DNA of 64,000 nt. It comes from Vermamoeba vermiformis. Taxonomy: Eukaryota. Positions within the stretch are counted from its first letter, which is position 1; each line of letters starts with the position of its first letter. The notes below the pieces were generated by a model that saw nothing but the letters and a program-made list of their open reading frames with translations, did not search any database and was not told where the DNA came from. Location: positions 434,001 through 498,000 of the forward strand of contig JBEWZL010000179.1 in assembly GCA_045837725.1 (NCBI GenBank). The letters run 5' to 3'. This document shows, one piece after another, positions 13,146-24,300 of the stretch. The position numbers were made by a program, and so were the translations under genes.

Positions 13146-14385
13146 ATGAGCTACAAATTCCTCAAAGTATGTAGGTCACTTTAGTTGAAACTCGATCTAA
13201 CGTCGTGTCATCTTTTAGTACCTCATCAGAATCGATATTAAAGAAGAGAAGCAAGTAAGTAACAGCTTATATCTACCGATCTTCATTTTGAATGCTTGAT
13301 CGATATTTTAATTCGTACGACGGAATTATTAACTAAACTTGGCAATTTGTTAACTAGGTCAATGTCTTCCTCGCCCAACGATTCCAAGACGCTGAGATAG
13401 GTGTTAAAATGAAGGATAGATACTACCACGGTCGAATCTACAAGAAATGCTTCGTTGGTAAGTTAATGTGGGCTTTCGGCCAGATCAGAATTTGACATTT
13501 TTTCGGTTAGGTTCCGATGCTATCGATTGGCTCGTAGAAAACACTACGGCGGAGACACGAGAGCAGGCCTTATCAGTAAGTTGTTGGACAATCAGTTTCA
13601 AATTTCATATTCGATAAGAGGCCTATTTTTAGACAAGTGCCGCCGCGAAACTAATTTTATTTCCTTTTTTAGTTCGGAATTCACTTGCAGAACTGTGGAT
13701 TCATCGTCCCTGTAAATCCGTGCTATGACTTGTCGAACGCTACGAAGTACTTCCGCTTTAACGTAAGCGGGCAATTACTATTAAATTTATCCAAATAAGG
13801 TGCTAATACTGAATTAATTATTAGAAACACTTTGACGGTGAAATTCCTTCGTACAATTACGGGACCGAAACAGCGAGACGACGCGAAATTGTCGCTGCTG
13901 AGCAAAATAGATGTCAATCGCCCATCAGAAACCTGATCAAGCGAGGTTCTGCTATCTTGAAGAAAATGAAGGTCACCAAGAGGCCCTCTGGTCAAGAAAC
14001 TCCTCGGGAACCAACATCCAACGAGAATCCGTTCTCGCCCAGAAAAGTCGTCTTCAGATTCCCTGAGACAGAGCCTACCCCTCCCGATACAGTCTACGAT
14101 ACACGTAGTCAAGTTATATCCTCAAGGAACTTTAATGAATCATACGATGACTGTCTTGCCGAGTCAGATGTCACCGGAGTCATGACTCCAGCCACTTCTG
14201 CTTCAAGTCTGTCACCTCCTTCAATAGTCATGATAAGAGATGGCGATGCTGATTCGATTCCAGCCCAGACGTTATTCTTATCTCCAAGTTCTCTGCAGCG
14301 TGTTTACAGCAACTTGCACGCGTTGCAACCGCCCTGCTCTTCGTTCCGCGATCTCTTCGCCTTCGACACGGAAATTCAAGTTTAA
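13146..14385 (+). CDS. DEP-domain protein (paralogue 2)
   Basis: GVKMKDRYYHGRIYKKCFVGSDAIDWL...FGIHLQNCGFI...KYFRF; introns at positions equivalent to paralogue 1. Confidence 0.8.
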
Positions 14386-14551
14386 TGGTTTCAGTTCGCC
14401 ATTTTATGTAAATAGTGTATCTTTAGTCCCCTTTTGCTGTATAAGTAAAGGATTTTATCTCATTTTATTTAGACATTACTTTTGTGTTGATGACACAACA
14501 TCAGGAGGACGGAAGAATCGAACGTATAATGCATTATTTCGCAAATAAATC

Positions 14552-16759
14552 ATGGAAGCAAAGCCAAGAACGGAAAACGCAGCAAGAACAACAGAGAGGT
14601 GAGATCCAATCCAGCCTCGTTCATTTTCAAATTAGAAATTAATATTTTATTTGATAGAAACTTCGAAGTACCGCAGTCAATCAGAGACGAGTTGTTCAAG
14701 CTAATCACGACCAGAGTAAAAGAGGAACAGATCTTGAATATTTATTTGTGGGGCTCCAGGTAACTTCAAAACCATTAAATATATTTTCTATTATTTTTAT
14801 CTGCATTAGACTATTTTTCGAGACCAGTAGATCTGTTAGCAAATCGGCGAAAAATTACAGAATTCAAAACTGTGTTTAAATTTCACTAACCGTTGGTTAT
14901 TATAGATTTTGGGGTACCCACAATGAAGCCTCCGATTGGGACTTTGTAACGATAGTTAAAGACTACGTCCAGCCGAAAAAAGATTCAACCGTTATCGGAA
15001 CGAACGTGGATGTGTCAATCTACGATGTTAAATACTTTGATAGTACGTTAAACTATTCATTTCAATTCTATTGATACTAATTTCTTCGAAGATTTAATCG
15101 TAGAACATGTCCCATGGGCGCTACAGTTGCTTTGGTGGCCTGAAAATGCGACGCTTCAAAAGCATTACGACATTAAATTTCACTGCTACAGAGTTCGTTT
15201 GCGACACGCGCTATTGATTAATTCGCAAGTCAATGGCCAGCAACTAAAGTCCTACTTCCTCAACAACGAGATCATGCCCGCCGTCAAACGCGCATACCAC
15301 GTGATTCAGATGGCCGTTCTGATGCAGCAAATTGCCATTCATGGAAAAATTGTCGATTACTTTGCTGCCACCGACTACCTTCAGCGATTCAAAGAAGTGA
15401 GCGGCGATTGGAAGACTTTTCATGAATACTGGAAGAAGACGTACTATCAAGTGGTCGACGTTGAATTTCTAAATATAGTAGACGCCTATTTGAAATTCGA
15501 AGCAGAAGTTACTGACACTAGACCACTCGCAAAAACGATTGCTTATATTAAGGAGTATGGCCTCAAAGCCTTGGACGTGGATCTGGCGATCATCGTAAGG
15601 AGATCCGAAAAATTTCCTAATTTGGTGCACTTCCATCACGAACGAGAGTATACACCTATGAACTCTTTGATTGGCGCAGAGTGCAACGGAATAATTCTCG
15701 ACGAGAGCAAGGATTGGTCCATTGTCTGCATGCCCTACATCCAGTTTTACTCGGAGTCAAACTTCTCCGGTCTTGTCGCTGAAATTGATTGGAACACGCC
15801 ACTACAAGTGACAGAGCAATTGGATGGCTACAAAGCGACTCTATATCGATACAACGATGAATGGCACGTCGCGACTGAACTCTCGCCTGACGGCAGTGAG
15901 GTCCTCGAGGATTACAATGGCGAGAAGGTCTTGTTTAGAGATTTGTTTTGGCGCTTGTTCAAGTCGAAAGGCTACGAGCTGCCTGATCCGAAGGAGAACT
16001 GCAACTATATGTTCGAACTGATTAGTGTCAACAATAGAGACATTGTCTGGTATGCTGAAGACTCTCTTACACTGCACGGTGTTAGAAAGCTCGAAGGAGA
16101 ATTCAAAGAATTCGATGCAAAGCCTGTCGCGGAGAAATACAAGTGGCAATTTGTGCGCGAGATCCATTTGCGGAAAGTGTCAAAAGATACAATCAACGCT
16201 GCTCTTCTGACGGAAAAGAATTGCTGTGGGTATATCATACGAGATCAGAACTTTGCCAGAATTATCTTCCGACATCCGTTGGTGAAGGGGTTGCTGAAGG
16301 TCAAATTTGGTCAACTCGTGTCTAAACAACGGCTCGAAATATTCAAGCTCCTCTGTGGATTTAGCGATCAAGAAACACTAATGACCTATCCGTACCCTGA
16401 AACACAAGAAATGTTCGACTACGCAAAGGACAAGTACGTGGATCTCTGCAACAAAGTCAATAAGACATACGGCGACTTGAAAGCTATCGCGGATATGAAG
16501 GTATTTTCAGCTGAAGCGAACAAATTCGGCGAATTGAAGCACTTCATATTCGCTATGAAAAACGCAAAGAGCGATGACGCAGGTCCTCTTTTCCGCAAAC
16601 AAGGTACGTTGCTAATTATTGTATTATAACCCCTCCTCGTGCTAACACTATTGCTTGGTAGTCTCTGCGAATGTGTACAAGTTCATGCAATTGGTAGTGA
16701 ACTATTGGATGAACGAGCACCCGCAAGATGACGAGGAAGAGAAGTTTTGTTTCAAATAA
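14552..16759 (+). CDS. Pol-beta-type nucleotidyltransferase fused to a T4 Rnl1-like RNA ligase domain (motif I Lys replaced by Gln)
   Basis: N-terminal IYLWGSRFWGTHNEASDWDF..NVDVSIY; C-terminal ECNGIILD..WSIVCMPYIQFY..IDW..EQLDGY..WHVAT..YMFELIS. Confidence 0.75.
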
Positions 16760-17120
16760 ACATGACCTTTGTGACCTTATTGTACGACGTCTAGCCTCTG
16801 TAGCACCATCAAATGAGCAGAATCAAATCTTGTTTTTCATATTAGGCCCTGACAGTACGTTAGGACGAATATTAAATTTCATTTGGCTGAACTTGTAAAC
16901 GAAACTGCCATTGCTCTTCCGCTCACAACTCGAATTTGTCAACCTACCTGACTCACCTACCATTCAACTCCTACCAGCTCAAATTAAATAGGGTTGATGA
17001 GGCAGAAGCAGTATTAAAAATAAAATTAATAAACGGAAACCTTTTTTTTCATGAACTCACTCGGTCGCATTATCTCGCGTTGCTTAACAACATTAACAAC
17101 AACTAAACAAATAATTAAAA

Positions 17121-18173
17121 ATGGCTCTCCGTTTGGCTCTTCGTAAGACCTTTGCTTCGGTAAGTAAACGAATGATCATCCGCGCGATGCAATCCGGATT
17201 GTCGATCTATCGGCGATTTCCAGCATACTAAACGAAGTCCTGTAAATGTAGATCAAGTCTGTTACCCGCCAAGAAGGCAGCTCTCAAGGTAAGTTTTCGG
17301 TGACTGACCAAATCTAATCCATTTTTTTATTGAAAATTGTAGAATGTAAATAATTGCATAATTAATATAGCCATTTGCCGAATTGATTTATTACCCGCGA
17401 ACTACGAATTTATCGTGCATTAGAAGCAAATATTAATTTTTTGTTAGGTGGTAACGTTCCTCGTGGTGGCTTCGGCGTTAACAAGGTTATCATCGTCGGC
17501 AACCTCGGTCGTGAACCCGAAATTAAGGTAGGCCTATTAATATGACAAAGTTCAAGTTAGAAATAAATCTCCGTGGATCGAGCAAATTACTAACGAATTA
17601 TTAGCAATTTGAAAACAACACTGTTGCCACTTTCCCTCTTGCCACCAACGAATATTGGACTGATAAGGATGGTAACCAAAAGACCAGGTACGTCCGAATC
17701 TAATCCCGTAATTTTCATGAATCCCACTAATTATCGTTGGACAGAACCGAATGGCACAGAGTCGTTCTCTACGGAGAAAAGTACGCTTCAGTTATCAAGG
17801 CCGCCCAAAAGGGGTACGCACGAAATTTTCTATCGCTAGCGCATCTCTGATCAATTTTTAGATCCAAGATCTACTTGGAAGGTTCTTTGAGAACTCGCAA
17901 ATACACTGACAAGAAGGAAATCCAACGAAGCGTTACTGAAGTTGTTCTTCAACCCAACAAGGGTGCGTAACCAGTTCACTCACGATCGAACACAAAAAAA
18001 TACCAAAAATCAGAAATAATTCTAAATAATACAAAATACATAAAATATCGTTATATGACGACTAATTACCCACAGGTTACATCAACATTGTTCTCAACGC
18101 CACCAGACCCGCTGAAGAAGGCGAGCACTCCGAACAACAACAACAACAAGAAACTCCCCAAGAGAGCCAGTAA
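17121..18173 (+). CDS. Mitochondrial single-stranded DNA-binding protein (bacterial SSB type)
   Basis: Presequence-like MALRLALRKTFAS; VNKVIIVGNLGREPE, ETEWHRVV, KGSKIYLEGSLRTRKYTDK. Confidence 0.9.
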
Positions 18174-18252
18174 ATTGTTAAATAATAATTGACAATCGAA
18201 ATAAATGTAGTCATGTCGATTTTGTGAATTTACTCGAGCGGTTGATTTCGTG

Positions 18253-18280
18253 CCCGCCAAAACCGAATTTCAAATTCAAA
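18253..18280. promoter_or_regulatory. Putative E2F-like site plus tandem CHR-like elements upstream of SKA2
   Basis: CCCGCCAAAA (reverse TTTTGGCGGG) followed by TTCAAA twice (reverse TTTGAA), about 75-105 bp before the ATG. Confidence 0.35.
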
Positions 18281-18355
18281 CGTCCTCACACAAGAGCAGA
18301 CTCGAGAACACTGTTAATTTATATTTATTGTAGTCGTGTATAATATATTTAAGAT

Positions 18356-19551
18356 ATGGAACCATCGGCAGTAATAGAAAGCGAAGTAAGAAAACAGATT
18401 TCGGGCACAGCAGATTCTAATTGGTTTTTAGTTTCAAAAAGCAGTATCAAATTTACAATATGTATCACATAAGTTAGAAATGCTAATGGGACAGCGATAT
18501 AATGGAAAAGGAGTAAGATTAGATCCAAAAATAATTCAATTAATATTCTTAATTGTTCAATATTAGATCGAACCTATTAAATTATTAGACCGAATCCAAA
18601 AACTCAAGGACCAAGTTCCGAAATATCAAAAGGAAGTCGAAAAGGCATCTGCTCTTGAACAGGTAAACTTAGACTCCTTCTGGCGTGCTACTAAGACTGA
18701 TATTTCTTTAGAGTCTCGCCGAGTTATGCGAGCGATTGATGGCTGATCGCAGGCGGATTGAAGGAATGTATCGTGGCTTCGGAATGCCACTCGATGAGAA
18801 TGATGCAACTAAGCACAATTTATATCAAACATATGAGAAGTACAGACCACAGCAAGAGGGTGAGGCATATATAGGCGGTACCTTCTATGAGTAGACTAAC
18901 TCTAGCATTTAGAAGTTGAAGAGGAACCTGAGAGCATAGCCCAAGAGTCACCTGTTAACACGAGACCAAATAACGGTAAGTTTGCTCGGAGCTGGCTAAA
19001 ATGAGCTTTTTCTAACGACTTTTGATAGCCCAAAAAGAGAATATTACGGCGTCTGAATTAAATTCGCTTTCTGCCGTTGATAATAGTAACGGCACGACAA
19101 AATCAAAACCTGCTGTTGCGGTCACCACCGCGACACAAAATACAGCAAAACAGACCGAAAAACGTACTGAAACAGCTGTTCCCGTCAAGAAGGTTGAGGA
19201 GTTCCCATTAATGTAAGTCCAGATCATCGTTAATTAACAAAGATGTGGTACGAACAAGCGGAATAACGTTATTTAATTTTTAGTACCGAAGAAAGCTTCT
19301 TGACTGTTTCGAGCATCGTACGTGGTCGGTGCAAACTAGAAGATGTTAATAATATTTGGAAGATTATTTGGGATAATCATAAGAAGAAAAAACCGAACTT
19401 GAAAATTACTAAGCTTGCCGAATCCGGGTATAAAGTTATCGGAGCAACAGGCGATAGTATTTTAGGCACATTGAAACATTTAAAGCTGATAACTGTAAAT
19501 AAGGAAGGTGAGATCGTGTATACAACCGCTACAAACACGAACCGACGGTAA
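18356..19551 (+). CDS. SKA2: Spindle and kinetochore-associated protein 2-like
   Basis: N-terminal EFQKAVSNLQYVSHKLE..EPIKLLDRI resembles SKA2 FQKAESDLDYIQYRLE..NPVTLL; C-terminal TEESFLTVSSIVRGRCKLEDVN resembles the Ska winged-helix domain. Confidence 0.7.
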
Positions 19552-19614
19552 TAAACTAATAATTCTTTTTGACGCAAGTATAAACAGGAGGTCTTTAATA
19601 TTAATCACATTATA

Positions 19615-20598
19615 TTATAACGCAACCATACTTAATAATAGAGTCAACGAAAAACATACAGGGACGAAGCTTCCGGCAGACAATCTTGATTTTGTTTCTT
19701 TGACAGGTGTAGTGACAGGTTGTGTAGAAGCGATGGGCTCGCTAGTAGGAGCATCAACGGGAGCGTCAACAGGTGCTGCAACAGGTGCATCAACAGGCGC
19801 TATTACAGGCACGGTGACAGGTGCCTCTATGGGAGCATCAACAGGAGCTGCAACGGGAGCGATCGGCACGGTGACAGGCACCATCACGGGAGCGGCAACA
19901 GGCGGACTAACGGGCACTGGTTGAACCGGACAAATTGCGTCTGCGTAGTAAGTTACTCCAAGCGTACATTGTCCGACGTTGCCGTCCCAATGGCGATCTA
20001 TCGTTTGGCATTTTCCGTTGATCTTGAATTGATAGACATCAACCACAGTTCTATTAGGACAGGCGTTCGTTGTAACGATAAAATACTGGAATAGGTCGTT
20101 GCCCAAGCATAGTCCCGTCGCGTTGGGAGTGGCTATTTCGAAATAACGTCAAAAATTGAAGACTTATAAAATAAAAGATCCGGCAAAAGGATAATAAAAT
20201 ATTGAAGATAATTATCTTACCTAAATACCGGGCTGATAAGGAAGTATTGCAATAGGGATCTCCTTCGTAAAGGGCGACACCGAGAGTTTGATCTGTTGGG
20301 TAATAGGACAAGTCAGCATTGCACTCAAGCGTTGCATAACGGCCGTCTAAGGAGGCGCAAGTGTAGGGGGTGCAACCTGGATCAGAGCTGACTACGACCT
20401 AGCATTAAATAAGGCAAAGTTTAGTGCGGTTTGGAGGAAGCTCGTAATATTCTAAATACTCACATTACTTTCTGCAAAGTATTTGGTGCACGAACTGTCT
20501 TCATAAATTCTCAAGCGTCTGCCGACGGGCGCTTGATCCGCTTCGGAAACAAAAACAAACAAAACTGTAAGTGCCAAAAGGTAGGATACGTATTTCAT
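19615..20598 (-). CDS. Secreted or GPI-anchored-like Cys-containing surface protein with PVAAP/PVDAP repeats
   Basis: Signal peptide MKYVSYLLALTVLFVFV, Cys-rich body, Pro/Ala/Val repeat linker, hydrophobic C-terminus. Confidence 0.7.
19745..19925 (-). repeat. Degenerate 12-bp coding tandem repeat (PVAA/PVDA/PVTV)
   Basis: Repeating ACAGGTGC/ACGGGAGC units with 12-nt period. Confidence 0.75.
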
Positions 20599-21316
20599 CT
20601 CGCTCATCGTGTTGAATTATAGTGTTGGCAAGTGTAAAGAACAATAAAAACAAACCAAAATGTTTTGTTTTATAAAAAAAAAGATTCTTAAGATCCAAGT
20701 ATCTATTAATATTAAAAGCGGTTTCGCTTACCACAACTGTTCAGTAATCGAACTAGTTGTTTACAATTAATTCGTAATCGCAACGAGCCAAGTATCGTTA
20801 TTGTTGTAGTGGGCGTATCCAGGTTGCTAAAAGGTAAGTGCAAATACTTGGTAATGGAGCTTAAAAATTAATTTAAAAATACGGTTAAATTGAATGACGT
20901 TGCGAAATACATGGCTTTGATTTCGGTTTGTATTTGTGCACTACTTGGCGGGTGGAAAATTAGTTTACGTAACAGTATAATTAGATCTTCCTCCGTTGTA
21001 GGAGCATTTATTCTCCTGTCATCAAATTAATTTAAACACAACGTTTGTACACGAATTTTTTTCAATAGAATTCACAAAAGATTTTCTCTGCTGGATCAAG
21101 AATTTTCGCCACGCAATGCCGCTTCCGCGGCATGCAGCCAGAATCGCGTAATATAACATAGATCTACTATAGTAGTACAATGCAATACAAGCATATATTT
21201 TATTAAATTAGTGGGTAAATAATGTCAACGTTGTCAAATATTGCGTAAAGCACATGTAAAATAAAATTTCTTTAGGCAGCATTCATTTGATCACAAATTA
21301 TAAACAGTTAACAATA

Positions 21317-24300
21317 ATGCAGCTAGACCGCTCATTGTCCAAGCAGTTCTTGCTTCTTTGCCTGATTGGGGCATTGGCTTTGACCGGATCTAACGCAATT
21401 GAAGTTACCACAGCCACAAGCTATGTACGTTCATGTTAACTATTTAATAACATATTAATTATAATTTGGCTCAAATAGGTTAAAAGTGGTAATATCCTAG
21501 ATACGCCCATTACACTGGTATGTAGAATCAAGATCCCACAAAGATTTTTGCCTCGGATCAAGAATCATCCCAGAAATGAATTGGTTATTAAAAATAAATT
21601 AATAGGGCATTATGGAGGTCGAGTTTAATGAAGACATTCGGTTGCTCCAGACTTATGGTAATATCGCGTATTTCAGCGCAACGAGCAACATTTGAAATCG
21701 TTGTCACATTGACATGACAAGAGACGCTTAATTAACGCTTTGAAACTTTTAATATATAGGCTATTGCTATAATAGAACGTGTCCTCCTGCACCGGCCTGT
21801 CCTCCTTGCGACTACACTGATCCCGCCATCTGTAACGGATCCCGCGTTAGTGACCCAACGTGTCCGTGTCCTTTGCAACCGCGCACATGCAAACTTGACG
21901 TAAGTACTATTCGTAGTATTAAATCAGCAACTGAATTGAAAAAATCGTTTAATTCCTTTTACACGTGCAATTTACTAATTTTGTTAATTGAACCTAGATC
22001 TTAGAATTTGATAAGCCAATCGATCATACTATTAAGTTTGACTCGAAGATATTGGAGTCTGATAGAAAAGATTTTAGAATTTACTTAGGTATTATTTCTA
22101 GCTGACATTTCGCTAACGGATCTTTCCAATCAATCGGAGAAGTAACTATTACGACGGAATTCGCGGTGGATCGTTACTAAATTTGGCTTAATGATATATA
22201 ATTTATTAATCAGTCGCTAATCTACTGTTGAAGACCCTCGTACAGCATCTGGATGCAGCTTCTTTCATTGGAAAGTTATTAGCAAGTACGGCAATCCCAA
22301 TATTTATATCGTAAGATCTGAGGATTGGGAATATACTGGTAAGTACTATAAGACCTCATTAATTCGATTAGCGGAGTTTTAAGTGTTCTTCAAGGTGGAT
22401 CCGGCATCCATTGGTGGTCGGAGCGCTATGCAGCTGAAGACATTGTAATTTGTCCTACTGACAATTGGTTTACTCCTGGAACATATATTGTCGAAATTCA
22501 ATGGTATCCTAATGTTTTGAACGACGCTGGAACCGGTACGAGCTACACTTTGACCGCAGATCGACATGGTAAGTTTAAATAGTAGAGGAAAACCTATAAA
22601 TAGCTATATAAGACCATAATTAAAGCTTTTCGCAATATTAGTAGCCATTTGAAAGATGATTGTATCTTTTGAATCACAAAAATTATCTGCGTGTCAAACA
22701 ATTTAACGAAGAATATTTCCTAATATAGAATTACCGGATTACGTCCCCGCAATAACTAACCCCCGAGCCTGCTTATCATCGCATCATTGTTTGGAGGACG
22801 ATCGAATGATGTTCCTCGAAAACGCCCAGCCCATTGAATACTTCGAATTTAGATTGCCCAAACAATGCCCGCAGAAGCTCAGCGTGCACTCGACTTATGC
22901 TGGAAATGACATGTAAGCTAAAAATAGCAAATTTATGCCGTGTTTACGTTGTTCAGATCTCGACAAAATCTAATGATTCATTTCAATTAAATAGTGCTGT
23001 ATCTATGACGAACAAGTTCCCTACTCCTGAACTTAACCACCCTGATAATCTCTTCGTTAGTCTTGAGCATAACCAAACTTTGGCATTTTCTGTGTGCACC
23101 GAGGTACGCGCCTGTTCGATCTAGAAAAAATTTTATCTTAAATTTAGCTCTAATTCTTCGATTATTAGAATACCGATGCTAGTTTATATATTGGTGTTCG
23201 TTTCAATCGTCGTCCTGGTCCTTTAGACTTGAAAATTGGCATTGCAGTCAGTTCAAATCCGGCTTGGCTGTACACGACTTCTTTGACCGAGCTTGGTGCT
23301 TATCAAGTGCAAACAGAGCTCTATGGTATGTTTCAAAAGCTGTCATATTTCAATATTCCGCAATAAGTAATTCTTATGTGTTGCTAGGTGCCGCTACGCT
23401 TGAATGCGGATCCAAACATTTCTCTTGCAATTCCAAAACTTCGGGCCGCGACTCCGATTGCAACCTGTTTTGGCCTTTATATCCTTATTTGGAAGCATAT
23501 CCCCTTCACCCTCGTCCTTCATTTACATTTGGCGGCAGCAGATACAACGAAATGATGTAAGCAACTCGATCTGATTTAAACTTCTAAGTGTGGCCAATCT
23601 AACCGACTAATAGGTTGCAAGACATCCCTACTGAATATAAGAGCAATAAGTTTTCAGCGGCTGTTATGCTTAAATACCGCGAACTTGATCCTTTGTTCCC
23701 CGTCAACCTGGATGTACTCTCCGCTGAGGAGTTTGCAACTTGCCAAGTCGTATTCAAAGGAAGAATTACTGATGCCACAGAGAACGTAAGTTTATTAATT
23801 ATATAGATAATAAAACTAATATTTTTTCAAGCCGATCTTCACCAGCACATCCTTCACCAAAAAAGAATTGACTTGCGATCACTCCTCATTCAGTGAAGTT
23901 CACCAAAAGATGCGCGCACTGCTCGAGGCTCAAGAAGGAAAGACCTCTTCATTCGAGATTCGCGACATTCAATACCAATTGGACGCTTATGCCATGTCGG
24001 ATGCGTTCTTTGCGTGCGAGGCTGAGTTGAGCGGACTGATCAAACTTCGTGTTGAAAATGTTCAGCTTGACACTAAGTCTTGTGTTACGTCATCAGTAAG
24101 TCTACTATAAGCTATATAACCAAAATCTAATTCATCGAACAGACCGATCCAGCCACCATGACAGATCCTTGTTGCAATGGGTACGACTCTTCCATATACA
24201 TTCATTAAACTTACTAACAATGATCTTTAGATACCTTTCTTGGAATTCATCGCAATGCGCCTCGCGTCAGGTCGAGACAGCTTTGTCAGTCTTCGACGGT

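Noticed and set aside
19745-19925. CRISPR-like array
   Set aside because: It is a 12-bp coding repeat without unique spacers, in eukaryotic DNA
19508-20094. Antisense ORFs such as the GAST-repeat ORF, and other short overlapping ORFs in the track
   Set aside because: They are shadows of real genes or repeats on the opposite strand or in another frame
23480-23490. ATATCCTT as a further U12 donor
   Set aside because: It lies within an open exon (LYPYLEAYP) with no matching branch point or AC acceptor
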